Source: Rebecca billardiae RCC1528
Taxonomy: Eukaryota > Protista > Haptophyta
Assembly: GCA_965240325.2 (NCBI GenBank)
Contig: OZ251252.1
Coordinates: forward strand, 496,001 to 560,000
Reading direction: 5' to 3'
DNA length: 64,000 nt
Below are positions 1-10,463 of this stretch, piece by piece. The position numbers and the translations under genes are program-made. Each line of letters begins with the position of its first letter. The first letter of the stretch is position 1. The notes under the pieces were generated by a model, which saw only the letters and a list, made by a program, of their open reading frames with translations, made no database searches and was not told the origin of the DNA.

Positions 1-142
1 CGCGCTGCGGCGGCCCGCCAGCGCGGCGCGGCCTCCTGGTGGTGGGCCCGGCTGGTGCCGGTGGTGCGGACGGGTTGGCGCTGACGCAGCTTGCCCCGCG
101 TGCACCGCGCGTGGCTATGCGTGCGCCTCCCCGCCCGCGCAG

Positions 143-1215
143 ACGCTGCTGTACCAGCTCCTCCGCGGCGTGGCGTTCTGCCACGACAGGCGCGTGCTGC
201 ACCGCGACCTCAAGCCGCAGAACCTGCTCATCAACAAGGTGCGGACTGGGCGGCGGGGGGCGCACGCGCGCACGCGGGGCATGCGCGACCCGGCGCGCGC
301 GGGCGGAATGCGGGGCGCTGAACACCCCGCTCCCTTCCGTGCGCGCGTCCGCGCTGCCTGCGCCGCCACTGCCGTCGCCGTCGTCGCCGCGCGCGTGCGT
401 GTGCGTGCGCGTGCGTGTGCGTGTGCGCGCAGGATGGCGCCCTGAAGCTTGCGGACTTCGGCCTCGCGCGCGCTTTCGGCATTCCAGTTCGTAGCTACAC
501 ACACGAGGTGCGCACGCGTGCCCGAGCTCGACGCTCGGGACAGCTTGCGCCGGCGCTGGCGCGGCGAGCCGGGGCTGCCCCTCGGCAGGCGCGCGCTCCC
601 GAGCAAGCCCGCGCCGGCGGGTCAGCGCTGACCGCCTCGCTCGGCGCCCGGCGCGCGCTGCGCAGGTGGTCACACTCTGGTACCGCGCCCCGGACGTGCT
701 GATGGGATCCCGCAAGTACTCGACGCCAGTGGACATGTGGTCGGTCGGCTGCATCTTCGGCGAGATCGCGTCGGGCCGGCCGCTCTTCCCGGGCTCGTCG
801 GAGGAGGACCAGCTGATGCGCATCTTCCGACTGCTCGGCACGCCCAACGAGGAGTCGTGGCCGAGCATGGCCGAGCTCCCGGAGTTCAAAACGGACTACC
901 CGCACTACGATGCGCAGCCGCTATCAAAGATCTGCCCGAAGCTGGATGCGGTGGTGCGCGCACGCCTTAGCCGCGCGCTGTGCGCACCGCAGCGCACCTC
1001 GTCCTCGGCCGCGCGCTGAGCCTCGCGCCACGCGGACGCGTGCCGTGCGGCGCCGCCGTGCGCAGGGCCTCGACCTGCTGTCGTGCATGCTAAGATACGA
1101 GCCGTCGTCCAGGATCTCGGCCAAGCAGGCGATGGCTCACCCCTTCTTCGACGACCTCGACCCGGCGTTCAAGAATGGTGCCATGCCCTCCGGCCCTGCC
1201 AGCGGTGCCCGATGA
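143..1215 (+). CDS. Cyclin-dependent kinase (CDK2/CDK5/PfPK5-like), 5' part outside the window; exons 143-238, 433-507, 666-953, 1066-1215
   Basis: Spliced translation gives [15 protein letters not shown]|[25 protein letters not shown]|[31 protein letters not shown]...[13 protein letters not shown]. All introns are GT-AG and phase 0. The donor could be 951 instead of 954. The PSTAIRE helix is not in the window, so the subfamily is unresolved. Confidence 0.95.
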
Positions 1216-1838
1216 TCGCGATTTCCACCGCCGCAAGCGTGAGGATGCAGCTGCTCAGGCGCGCACGGCTCGCCCGACCCGACCAGTGCACCGACGGCAC
1301 CTCGAGGCGCACGCGCTCGCCTGTGTGCCACATCACGCCGGCGCCGAACCACGGGCACAGCCGAGTGTCCAATGGCTGCCGCCACAGCGTCAGGCGTCAG
1401 CAGTCGGCACCCCGCGCCCGCGGCGTTGGACGTGACCCGCGGGCGTGCAGACCATCAGACATCATCAGTCCATCACGGATCGCCACGCGCCGCGGCCGAG
1501 CCTCCCGTGCCGCCGCCCGTGCGCGACTCTGCGAGCCGACAGGCCGAGCCGCTCGGCGTGCGCGCGCGTTCCGCTCTGCTCATATGAAATCTGCATCGAC
1601 GACATCTGCGAGGGGAGAGGCCGCCCGGTATTGTCAATGACGAGCCACAACCCACGCCTCATCAGAAAAATCCGCGCCGCAGAGGCGACGACAATTGTTT
1701 ACGACGCGCGCGCGACGACGACGTACGTGATGTATCGTAGTCGTCGTTATTTTTATTATTTGATTTTTCATCGCGCGCATCACCGCGCGCGCGTGTACTG
1801 TATTTTAGCATCAGTCGCGCATATCTTTTCACGCCGCG

Positions 1839-4800
1839 ATGGCGGCGGCAACCACCGTCGTCGTCGACGACGACCTCTGTCCATCAATGTTGGAAGAGAG
1901 CCGGACGCCAGCTGCTGATGATGGCGCATGCGCGCACGGTGACTTTGTCGGGCCCGTGACCGCTGTCCACTTTGTCGGCGCCGATGGGCTGCTCGCAGGC
2001 ATCGGGCCGGCCGTGCATGCCTACCCGCAGCTTGGCCACGGCGCGCCCCGCGGCAGCGTGCGGTCGTCACACGTGCTTGCCAGCGCGTGGGTGCACGGGA
2101 TCACCAGCACACGCCCAGACGCGTCATCTGGCGGGCTGACACGTCGCGACCACCTGGTACTCGTGCATGGTGGGCGCGAGTGCGCACTCCTCGCACTCGA
2201 CGAGTCCTCATTCGCACTGCGGCCGCTCTGGCGAGCCACTTTCGCTGCGTGGGTCTTGTCTGCGGCCATCGCCCCGGCGGTTATGCCTGCGCCTGGGGAG
2301 ACTCCTCTGCGAATCAACTTCATCACGAACCGGTCGGAGGTGTGGCGATGCGACCTAGTGCGCGGCTGTGCCGTCCGCATGCAACACAGCGCGATCGAGG
2401 GCGGGTTCCGGGCCGCCGCGTTCTGCATCGCACAGCGGCCCGCCGCTGCGCCGGATGCGGAGGTTGTGCTCACGTCGGGCACTGTGGACGGCACGCTGCT
2501 CTTCTGGACGCCGCGCGCCGCTGGGGCGGCGCACGTGCTGCAAGCCTACGCGGGCGCGCACGACGGCGCCATCTTCGCGTGTGCGTGGCACGCCGCAGGC
2601 GACCGGCTCGCGACGGTCGGCGACGATCGGCGACTTGTCGCATGGGCCTGGGAGGAGCCCGAACGCACCGTGCGGCCTCTCGACGCGTGGTTCGCGCACG
2701 AGGCGCGGCCATGGGCCGTGGCCTTCGTCGACGAGCACACCCTCGTCACGGCGTCCGAGGATTGCACCGCGAAGGTGTGGCGCGTGGGCACGCGCGCACC
2801 CGTGCGCGTGATTCGCGGAATGCAGCACGGGAAGGGGCTGTGGTGCGTGGCTGTGCGCCTCGCCGTGTCTGCCGAGCTGCTGGCTGCGTCGGCGACGCCA
2901 GCCGCGCTCTGCGTTCTCGGTGGCTCGGACTCGAGTGTCCAGCTGTGCGCTCTGAACGTGTTGCAGCACGGCACTGAGTCGGCGGGGGCAGATTCGAAGC
3001 CGACCGCGGCGCTCGACGGTTCGGAGCGGCGCCGCAGGGAGCATACCCACGGCGTGGCTGCGCACGCGCGACTGGCGCTCCCGCCCGGCCTCCCGCCCCG
3101 CCCACCGTGGCTCTCGGCAAGAGGACCGTCCGCCGAAGCGGCTCAGCCAACGCCGGAAGAGAGCAAGCTGCTCGTCAAAGCGATCTCCATCCTGCCGGGC
3201 AGCGAGTGTGCCCTTCTCATCACCTCTGAGGGCTGCGTGTATGCGATCAACCTCGTGACCCCTGCCACTGACGGTGGCGAGCATGCGGAGCCGCGGGCGA
3301 GTGGCCGCATGCCCGCCGACGCGCACACGCGCGCCCTGCGCCTGTTTGTGGCACCCTCTCAGCGCACGTTGTCATCGCTGTCGGCGGCCTGGGACGGCCT
3401 CGCGAGCGGGCGTCACGTTGCCTTCGGCGTGGGCGCCGTCGATGGGTTCGTCCACGTGCTGGCAGTCGACGCATCGGCCCTCGCTGGCGAGCTCCGCAGA
3501 GCAGATGGCGCTGAGCGCTCGTCTTCTGTGCTCGAGTTGCTGGCGTGGCAGGCGCATGGGGCGCGCATCTCTCAGTGCAGTTGGTGCGATCGGCAGGGCA
3601 TCGGCAGCAGCGGCTCGCGCGACACGTTGGCCACAGCTAGCCACGACGGCGGTGGCGCTGACGCCGCGGTGCATCTGTGGGCCTTGCCGCCTCTTTCGCA
3701 CGCCGTGCTTGCGGGGCCCGAGAAGTGCCCAGGCGAGCCACCGGCGCTCTTGTGCACCGTGCAATGCACGGGTTCCGAATGGCCGGCGTGTACCCTTCCT
3801 TTGATGCGCGGCGACGCTGTCGCATGGGGCGCGGCGCGCGGCGGCGTCGTCGGGGTGCGACTACGAAATCCAAACGACGGCACGTGGCGGACTGTCGTTG
3901 CTCGCCGTGCGCACGGGAAGGCGGGCGTGAGCGCGCTCGTCGCGAAGATGCACGCCGATCCTGCCTCCTCGAGCTCGGATGACGGCACGGACACCTTTTT
4001 CTCAGCGGGTGGCAACGGCCGCGTGCTCGAGTTCCGCGTGCACGGCAACCACATCGCAGGCGGCGTTCTTCGGCCCCTGCGCACATTCACGTGTGCCACG
4101 AGCCACATCGAGAGCCTGCTCTGCACAGAGGCGGGGCTGTATGCTATCACGACCGACGAGCACAAGGACGTCCTCCTGTGGGAGTTGCGCTCGTCGGAGC
4201 TTCTGATGCGCGCGAGCGTCGGCAGCTTGCGGCGCGGCCATGCAGTGTGCTTGACTAGGGCGGGCGCGTTGGTGCTGTGCACCGCCAACCGAGCGCTCGT
4301 GCACTGCATCGAGGGGCCGAAGCTTTGCGCGGCGGGCACGCGGCCGGGCGCTGGCGATGCATCTGGCCACATCAGCGTGGCGCCCACGGCGCGGCTGCTG
4401 CGCGCACGGCATCACGCGCACAAGCTGTACGGTGTCTCCGTTTTGGGCAGCTGCCACCCGGCAGGGAGCACCGAGGCGGCGCTCGTGTTTGCGAGCGTCT
4501 CAGAGGACGCGAGCGTACTTTTGACGCAGCATCAGCCCGCGCGAGGCGAGGCAGACGGCGGCGTCGCACACGATCGCATGCTGCCAGCAAGCGATCCGCT
4601 GCGCGGCCACTTCTGCCCAGTGCGCGCGCTGGCAAGCTCGCAGATGGTGCCCATGGGCGACTCCGGATTCTCGGTGAACCTCGAGCACGACTCGCGTATC
4701 GTGCTTGTGAGCGCAGGAGGACGCGAGTCCCTGAGGGCGTGGCTCGTGACGGGCGCACCTGTTGCAGCTGCAACGGACGCAGCAGCCGCCGAGTGTGATT

Positions 4801-5915
4801 CGCCCGAGCCTGGCCTGCGTGCCATCGAGGTGGCGCGTGATGACGCGAGCTCGCGCACTGTGCGCGGCGCGAACGCGCCAGAAAGCAAGCTCCTCTCCGT
4901 TGGCATCCTGCGGCTGCACGCCTCGTTCGCCCCTATGCCTACGGCTGGGCCCGAGGCGTTTCTGGTCGCCACGGGCTCCTCGACAGGGATCATACAGACC
5001 ATCTCCCTGTGGCCTTTGGAAGGGCGCATGCAGCGCATCGCCGCCTTGCAGCCGCGCGGCGGCCCCGTGCTTTGCATCGCCATGGTGCAGGCTACCTTCA
5101 GCGGCCACGGAGCCATCGGCAACATCGACACCACCGGTGCGCACATTGTCGGCACGGCGCTGCTGTTGGCAGGTACCACAGATGGCTTGCTGCGCGCTTT
5201 CGACGTCACATCGTGCGCAAGGAGCGCGGCGGGGGCAACCAGCGCACGCTCTCCGTGCATCGTGCCAGTGCTGGCGGTGAGGCTGCACGCGATGGGCACA
5301 AACTGCGTGCACGTGCGCCCAGCGTGCAGCAGTGTCACCTCCGACGGCGCACAGTACTTTCATGTCGCGACGGGAGGGGACGACCAAGCTGTCGGGCTCA
5401 GCACGCTTTCCATGCGCACGGCAGAGGTGGGCGGGCCTGCGAGTGGCGGTGTCACAGCTGCGTGTGCTCCGTCCGCTTCTGCCGATGGCGGTGACAGTGA
5501 ACCGCAGCCGCCGCACTGCGTCGTTGGGTTGCGCGGCGCGACGCGCGTGACGTGTGCGCACGGCGCGTCAGTTCGTGGCGTGCACGTCCTTTCCCACAGC
5601 GGCGATGTCCTCACCGTTGGCCCCGACCAGCTCCTCATCGTCTGGCGGGTCAACTGGGACATGCTGCAGCCCGTCATTGGCACCGAGCCTGGGCCGCTGC
5701 ATGTCGTCGAGTGGGATGCGCGCGTGAGCATCTCGAGGTCACCTGCCCGTGCCCGCGCGTGCTTTCCTACTGCAGTGCAGCACGCCAGCGCGTTAGACGC
5801 CTGCGTTCTCGAGAGTGATGCCAACGCGCCGTGCGTGCGCGCAATCGTCGCAGGCGAAGGGGTCGAGGTGATCAATTTGCCGGACAGCGTCGTCAACGCC
5901 TTCAGCCTTGACTGA
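1839..5915 (+). CDS. Multi-propeller WD40 protein, WDR6/Trm734-like (partner of tRNA 2'-O-methyltransferase Trm7/FTSJ1); intronless, 1358 aa
   Basis: WD40 repeats (AHDGAIFACAW..RLATVGDDRRLVAW; AHEARPWAVAF..LVTASEDCTAKVW). LVSAGGRE, ATGGDDQA and TVGPDQLLIVW segments resemble the WDR6 family. WD40 call is firm; orthology is from recognition only. Confidence 0.8.
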   Translation: MAAATTVVVDDDLCPSMLEESRTPAADDGACAHGDFVGPVTAVHFVGADGLLAGIGPAVHAYPQLGHGAPRGSVRSSHVLASAWVHGITSTRPDASSGGLTRRDHLVLVHGGRECALLALDESSFALRPLWRATFAAWVLSAAIAPAVMPAPGETPLRINFITNRSEVWRCDLVRGCAVRMQHSAIEGGFRAAAFCIAQRPAAAPDAEVVLTSGTVDGTLLFWTPRAAGAAHVLQAYAGAHDGAIFACAWHAAGDRLATVGDDRRLVAWAWEEPERTVRPLDAWFAHEARPWAVAFVDEHTLVTASEDCTAKVWRVGTRAPVRVIRGMQHGKGLWCVAVRLAVSAELLAASATPAALCVLGGSDSSVQLCALNVLQHGTESAGADSKPTAALDGSERRRREHTHGVAAHARLALPPGLPPRPPWLSARGPSAEAAQPTPEESKLLVKAISILPGSECALLITSEGCVYAINLVTPATDGGEHAEPRASGRMPADAHTRALRLFVAPSQRTLSSLSAAWDGLASGRHVAFGVGAVDGFVHVLAVDASALAGELRRADGAERSSSVLELLAWQAHGARISQCSWCDRQGIGSSGSRDTLATASHDGGGADAAVHLWALPPLSHAVLAGPEKCPGEPPALLCTVQCTGSEWPACTLPLMRGDAVAWGAARGGVVGVRLRNPNDGTWRTVVARRAHGKAGVSALVAKMHADPASSSSDDGTDTFFSAGGNGRVLEFRVHGNHIAGGVLRPLRTFTCATSHIESLLCTEAGLYAITTDEHKDVLLWELRSSELLMRASVGSLRRGHAVCLTRAGALVLCTANRALVHCIEGPKLCAAGTRPGAGDASGHISVAPTARLLRARHHAHKLYGVSVLGSCHPAGSTEAALVFASVSEDASVLLTQHQPARGEADGGVAHDRMLPASDPLRGHFCPVRALASSQMVPMGDSGFSVNLEHDSRIVLVSAGGRESLRAWLVTGAPVAAATDAAAAECDSPEPGLRAIEVARDDASSRTVRGANAPESKLLSVGILRLHASFAPMPTAGPEAFLVATGSSTGIIQTISLWPLEGRMQRIAALQPRGGPVLCIAMVQATFSGHGAIGNIDTTGAHIVGTALLLAGTTDGLLRAFDVTSCARSAAGATSARSPCIVPVLAVRLHAMGTNCVHVRPACSSVTSDGAQYFHVATGGDDQAVGLSTLSMRTAEVGGPASGGVTAACAPSASADGGDSEPQPPHCVVGLRGATRVTCAHGASVRGVHVLSHSGDVLTVGPDQLLIVWRVNWDMLQPVIGTEPGPLHVVEWDARVSISRSPARARACFPTAVQHASALDACVLESDANAPCVRAIVAGEGVEVINLPDSVVNAFSLD

Positions 5916-6411
5916 TCCGCCGTTCCCTGAAATCTGATCAACCGTGGGAGCAAGGGGGTGGGAGAGAGTGGACGCGCCGGACAAAGCGCGCAAGCTTGCA
6001 GTCGGCGCGCACGCTGAAAGCTACTGCAGCGTGCGGCGGGCGGTCTGTGTACTCACGCCATGGAGAGCGGTTCTAGAGTGCAATTATCGCAGCATGTCGA
6101 CCCACTGTAAACCCCTGCTCGTCTATTCGCGCGGGTTCGTTCACATTGGACGAAATGAAGCCGGCGCGACGCGACCGCCAATGTGATGACGAATTGTGGC
6201 ACGGGCGGACTCGCGTTCGCAACTCACGCCACACATCACTGCTCACACCTTCGGCCGAGGCCTTGTGAAGGAGCGCGAACACGCCTGGTTTGTGTTCTAG
6301 GACGTGATAACTGACCAGCGCTGACAAGCAAGACTGGCAGACCTGAGCTCGGCGCACACTCAGACACGGTCTTCTCTTGATAACAGGCGCAACGCCACTG
6401 CTGAGCACGCA

Positions 6412-8088
6412 TCAGGACAATCCGCTGCCGGCTGCCGTCTTCATCAGCATGCGCAGGTCGACTTCCTCGATGGTGATGCCAAGCTCACGCCTCAGGGTGG
6501 CGATCACCGGCTGGCGTGCGGGTGGCACAATGGAGACGACCGTGCCTCGCCGCCCCTGCCGGCCCGTGCGGCCGGCGAGATGCACGTACGCGTCGACGCT
6601 CCGCGGCAGCTGCTGCACAATCACGGCGTCTACGGCGTGCAGGTCTAGGCCACGAGCGGCGCTTTCCGTCGTGACGACGAGCGGCACCGCTGCGCGGCGC
6701 GCGAAGGCGTTGGCGAGCTTGCCGCGCTGCACGCGTGCGCGCGAGAGCACATCGCCGCCTGCCGCGGCTGCGCGTTCGTGATCACCCAGCCCGAGCACGC
6801 GGTGCAACGCAACGGCGCTCGGAAAGCCACCGTCGCGCAGCGCGTCGACCGCGGCGCGCACCGACGCGTCGTCGGGGATGACCACGACGGGCGCCTCGGC
6901 CGAGAGCTCGGCCAGAGCTGCGAGAACGCCGAGCATCGACGCGCTCTTCGGCCCGTCTTTCACGAGGTAGGCTACGTGGCGGATGGTCGAGGGCAGCGTG
7001 ACGCTTGCCGCGCCGCGGCGCACGAGCCTGCGATTCGAGTGCGGCGCGTCGGCGCCCGCGACCGTGAACGCACCGACCTGCGATGCAGCGATGCTATCCG
7101 CCGCAGCGCGCTTGGCACCTCCAGCTCCGCCGTCGGGGCGTGCTCGCCGCCCGCGCGGGAGGCCCACGGCCGCAGCAACGCGCTCGCAGACGCCGCGGTC
7201 GAGCGTGGCTGAGGCCAGCACCAGCTGAGGCAGCGGCGAGCGGGCGAGCGCGGCATCAGCAGCCTCGCCACTACGCGTGTACCGCGACGCCAACTTCGCC
7301 AGCAGCTGCTCGATCGGCCGGCGCTGCGCGAGCCGGCGCTCTGCGGCGTGCATGCCTGGCGCGCCACCACCAGCCACGCGCGGGCGCGCGCCGGCGCGGA
7401 TCGGCGTGCGCTTTCCCGGTGGCGATCCGCGCGAGCCGGCACGCTGGGGCACGGGCGCACGCGCGGCGACGGTCGGCGGCAGCATCAAGTCCACCTCGTC
7501 GAGGACGACTGTCGCCAGGCGCGCCAGGCGCGCCCAGCGTCGCTCTGCTTGGCCGAGCACGTCACGCAGCTGCTTGGCGGTGCCCACCAGGACGGGGCCG
7601 CGGTAGCCGTCGAGCGCGCGGCGCTGCGTGTCGAGGTCCTGGACGCCATCTTGCGCGAGCACGAGCGGCGGGCGGTCGCACAGCTGCTCGACCACCGCCC
7701 CGAGCTGCACGGCGAGCTCGACCGTCGGCGTCACAACCAGCACGCGGATGTCGTCGCCCGCGTGCGCGCCCGAGAGCCGCGCGAGGGCGGGCACGACGAA
7801 GGCGAGTGTCTTGCCTGTGCCCGTCGGCGAGTGTATGGCCACATGCCCGCCCTCGAGCACGCGGCTCAGCGCCTGGCCCTGGATGGGCGTGGGCCGCCCG
7901 TAGCCCGCCGCGACAAGCCGCGCGCGCAGCTCAGCGGGCACGTCCTCGGGCCAGTGGGCGGCGGCGGCGGCGCCGAGCATGGCTGGGCAGCGTCGTGCGC
8001 GCAACAGCTCGCGGCGGACGGAGACGCTCGCGTGCGCACGGCATCCCGCCAGAAATGCGAGCACCAGGATGGAACACCGCCCCGGCAT
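6412..8088 (-). CDS. DEAD-box RNA helicase (DEVD variant), likely organelle-targeted; intronless
   Basis: Q motif GYGRPTPIQ, motif I SPTGTGKT, Ia PTVELAVQ, II LDEVD, III SAT, V ARGLD, VI HLAGRTGRQGR. ATG at 8088 starts a hydrophobic signal-like segment (MPGRCSILVLAFLAGCRAHAS). Confidence 0.92.
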   Translation of the reverse strand: MPGRCSILVLAFLAGCRAHASVSVRRELLRARRCPAMLGAAAAAHWPEDVPAELRARLVAAGYGRPTPIQGQALSRVLEGGHVAIHSPTGTGKTLAFVVPALARLSGAHAGDDIRVLVVTPTVELAVQLGAVVEQLCDRPPLVLAQDGVQDLDTQRRALDGYRGPVLVGTAKQLRDVLGQAERRWARLARLATVVLDEVDLMLPPTVAARAPVPQRAGSRGSPPGKRTPIRAGARPRVAGGGAPGMHAAERRLAQRRPIEQLLAKLASRYTRSGEAADAALARSPLPQLVLASATLDRGVCERVAAAVGLPRGRRARPDGGAGGAKRAAADSIAASQVGAFTVAGADAPHSNRRLVRRGAASVTLPSTIRHVAYLVKDGPKSASMLGVLAALAELSAEAPVVVIPDDASVRAAVDALRDGGFPSAVALHRVLGLGDHERAAAAGGDVLSRARVQRGKLANAFARRAAVPLVVTTESAARGLDLHAVDAVIVQQLPRSVDAYVHLAGRTGRQGRRGTVVSIVPPARQPVIATLRRELGITIEEVDLRMLMKTAAGSGLS

Positions 8089-8193
8089 GGCCGGCCGCGC
8101 GCGGCTGGGGCCAAGGCAGTGAAGGCACGTGCCGTTTGCCGCAGCCGACTCCTTCTGGGTCGGCAACGTCGTCGGCCGGCCGTGGAAAGCAGC

Positions 8194-9861
8194 ATGGCCG
8201 TCCTAACCCGCGCTCTCGCGCGGCCGCGCGCGTCTCTGGGTGCCATGCCGATGCTCTTCGCCGTCGCCTCCGCGGCGAGGTCGCCCGTCGGAGCCTCTGC
8301 GCTTCTTGCGGTGCGCCCGGCCGCGTCGCACGCGCACGTGCGCGCGGGCGGCGCGCGCTCGGGCCGCGCGCCGCGGCAGCCGCGAGGCGGCGTGGCCGCT
8401 GCCGTCGTGATGCGGCCCTCCGACGAGCAGAGCGAGCTGTCGGCGGCGGGCGCGGCGACAGCCCGCGATCGGCCGCCGGTGCCACTACCGCGCGCGCCCA
8501 AGGAGCTCGACGCGTTCTGCGCGGCGTGCGTGCAGGCGGGCGCGCCGCGCAAGCTGTCGCGCGCGTACACGCACGCGCTCGAGGGCGATGCGTTCGCCGA
8601 GCCGTGGGCGCTGGACCGGGTGGTGCGCGCGCTGATCAAGCTGTCGCGCGAGGACCTGGCGGCTGAGGTGCACGCCGCCCACCACGCCGCGTGCGCCGGC
8701 GCGCCCGGCCCGAGCGCCGAGTGGTGCGAGGCGAGCCAGCGCGTCGTGCGCGCGTGCGTGCGCGCCTCGCAGCTGGACGCGGCCGAGGGCGCGTGGGCGC
8801 GCGTGGCGCACGCGGCGGCCACGGGCGCGCTGGGCGAGCGCGCGGACGCGCTGCGCGCCGCGATCGTGCCCTCGCTCGCCTGCGCCCACCTGCGCAACGG
8901 TGACGAGCGCCGCGCGCTCTCGCTGCTCGCCGAGCTGCCGGCGGGGCGTGGCGCGGCCGCGGTGTCCGCTCGCTCGTGGGCCGAGCTCGTGCGCTGGTTC
9001 GGCAAGTGCGCGTGCTTCGAGGGCGTGCACGCCACGCTCGTGCGGATGGAGGACGCGGGCGTCGAGCCGAGCAGCGAGGCGAACGAGTTCCTCGGCAGCG
9101 CCGCCGTGAAGAGCGTCGAGTTCCTCACCGGCGCCGTCGACATCGCCGGGCTGCCCGCGCCGGGGTGCTTGCTCGAGGCCGCGTTTGTGGGGCGGTCCAA
9201 CGTGGGCAAGTCGTCGCTGCTCAACATGCTCACCGCGCGCAGGGCGGTGGCGTACACGTCGAGCACGCCGGGGAAGACGCAGCAGTTCAACTACTTCGGC
9301 GTGAACACGCAGGAGCCCCCGGGGCGCGCGCACGCGCGCTTCCTGCTCGCAGACCTGCCGGGCGTGGGCTACGCCAAGGTGCCGCGCGCGCTGCGGCAGG
9401 GCTGGGAGGGGCTGTTCGCGGCGTACCTGCAGGACCGCCACTGCCTCAGGCTGGTGTGCCACCTCGTCGACGGCAACCACGGCGTGAAGCCCGCGGACCT
9501 CGAGCTCATGGGCGCCGTCGCGGCCAACCTGCCCCCCGCGCGGGGCACGGTGTACGCCGTCGTGCTCACCAAGCTCGACCGGCCGGCCGCGCGCAAGAAG
9601 ATCACGGCCGCGCGCGCGAGCGCGAGCGGGGGAGCGAACGCGCCCGCCGCCGCGCGCGTGCGCGCGCCGCCGGCGATCGAGCAGCAGGTGCGCACGGCGC
9701 TCGCCGACGCGGGCCTGCCTGCCGACACGCCCATCCTCGCCACCTCCGCCAAGGACAGGCGCGGGCGCGCGGCGCTGTGGCGGCTGCTCGGCACCGAGCT
9801 GCTCGGGCTGCCGAGCACGTTTGCTGATGCCGCCCAGGGCGGAGCCGCCGCTGACGGCTGA
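8194..9861 (+). CDS. EngB/YihA/YsxC-family ribosome-biogenesis GTPase with N-terminal PPR-like repeats
   Basis: G1 GRSNVGKS, G2 STPGKTQQFNYF, G3 DLPGVGYA, G4 TKLD, G5 TSAKDRRG. Upstream helical repeats such as SWAELVRWFGKCACFEGVHATLVRMEDAGVEP look PPR-like. Ala/Arg/Ser-rich leader. Confidence 0.9.
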   Translation: MAVLTRALARPRASLGAMPMLFAVASAARSPVGASALLAVRPAASHAHVRAGGARSGRAPRQPRGGVAAAVVMRPSDEQSELSAAGAATARDRPPVPLPRAPKELDAFCAACVQAGAPRKLSRAYTHALEGDAFAEPWALDRVVRALIKLSREDLAAEVHAAHHAACAGAPGPSAEWCEASQRVVRACVRASQLDAAEGAWARVAHAAATGALGERADALRAAIVPSLACAHLRNGDERRALSLLAELPAGRGAAAVSARSWAELVRWFGKCACFEGVHATLVRMEDAGVEPSSEANEFLGSAAVKSVEFLTGAVDIAGLPAPGCLLEAAFVGRSNVGKSSLLNMLTARRAVAYTSSTPGKTQQFNYFGVNTQEPPGRAHARFLLADLPGVGYAKVPRALRQGWEGLFAAYLQDRHCLRLVCHLVDGNHGVKPADLELMGAVAANLPPARGTVYAVVLTKLDRPAARKKITAARASASGGANAPAAARVRAPPAIEQQVRTALADAGLPADTPILATSAKDRRGRAALWRLLGTELLGLPSTFADAAQGGAAADG

Positions 9862-10463
9862 GGCCGAGCAGCCGCGCTCATCGGCGGCGTCGCGCTCCAG
9901 CGGCGGCGCTGCGCGGGCTGTGGGCGCGGGGCAGCGACTGGCGGCGCCACGCGTAGAAACTAGTGACATCGGAACGGCCCTGAAACGCCAACGGCAACGG
10001 GGCTTGCTGCAGCCTCAGGCTGGGCAGCACTCTCGAGCGCCGACCGGGGTACAGTTTACTACTAATCTGACGCGAATAAGAGACGCGCACACAGCTATAT
10101 ACAGTCATCAGGCAGGCGAGATTGACGCCCGCCAATCATTCTGTCAATAAGGCTACGACTGTAATCTCGCCTGTCTGAGTGTGTAATGAGTGTGTCTCAT
10201 CATATTCTGAGTAAACTGTACTGGCTGTGGCATAGCCGGACTTGTACGGTTCGGCTCCCCCGACGACGGTTGGTCAGCACTGAGGACGCTGAACCAAGGG
10301 AGTCAGCTGAACGCTGGTTGGTCCTTCGGGGTCCTGCGACGCGCCGCGCGCTGCGCGAGAGGCGATCCCGTTGGCACCGACCCCGCGCCCACGCCGCCGA
10401 GGAGCTCGCCCGCGAACTGAACGCGCGCCTGGCCTGGGGCGGGGTGCACCGCGCGAGGGCGAC

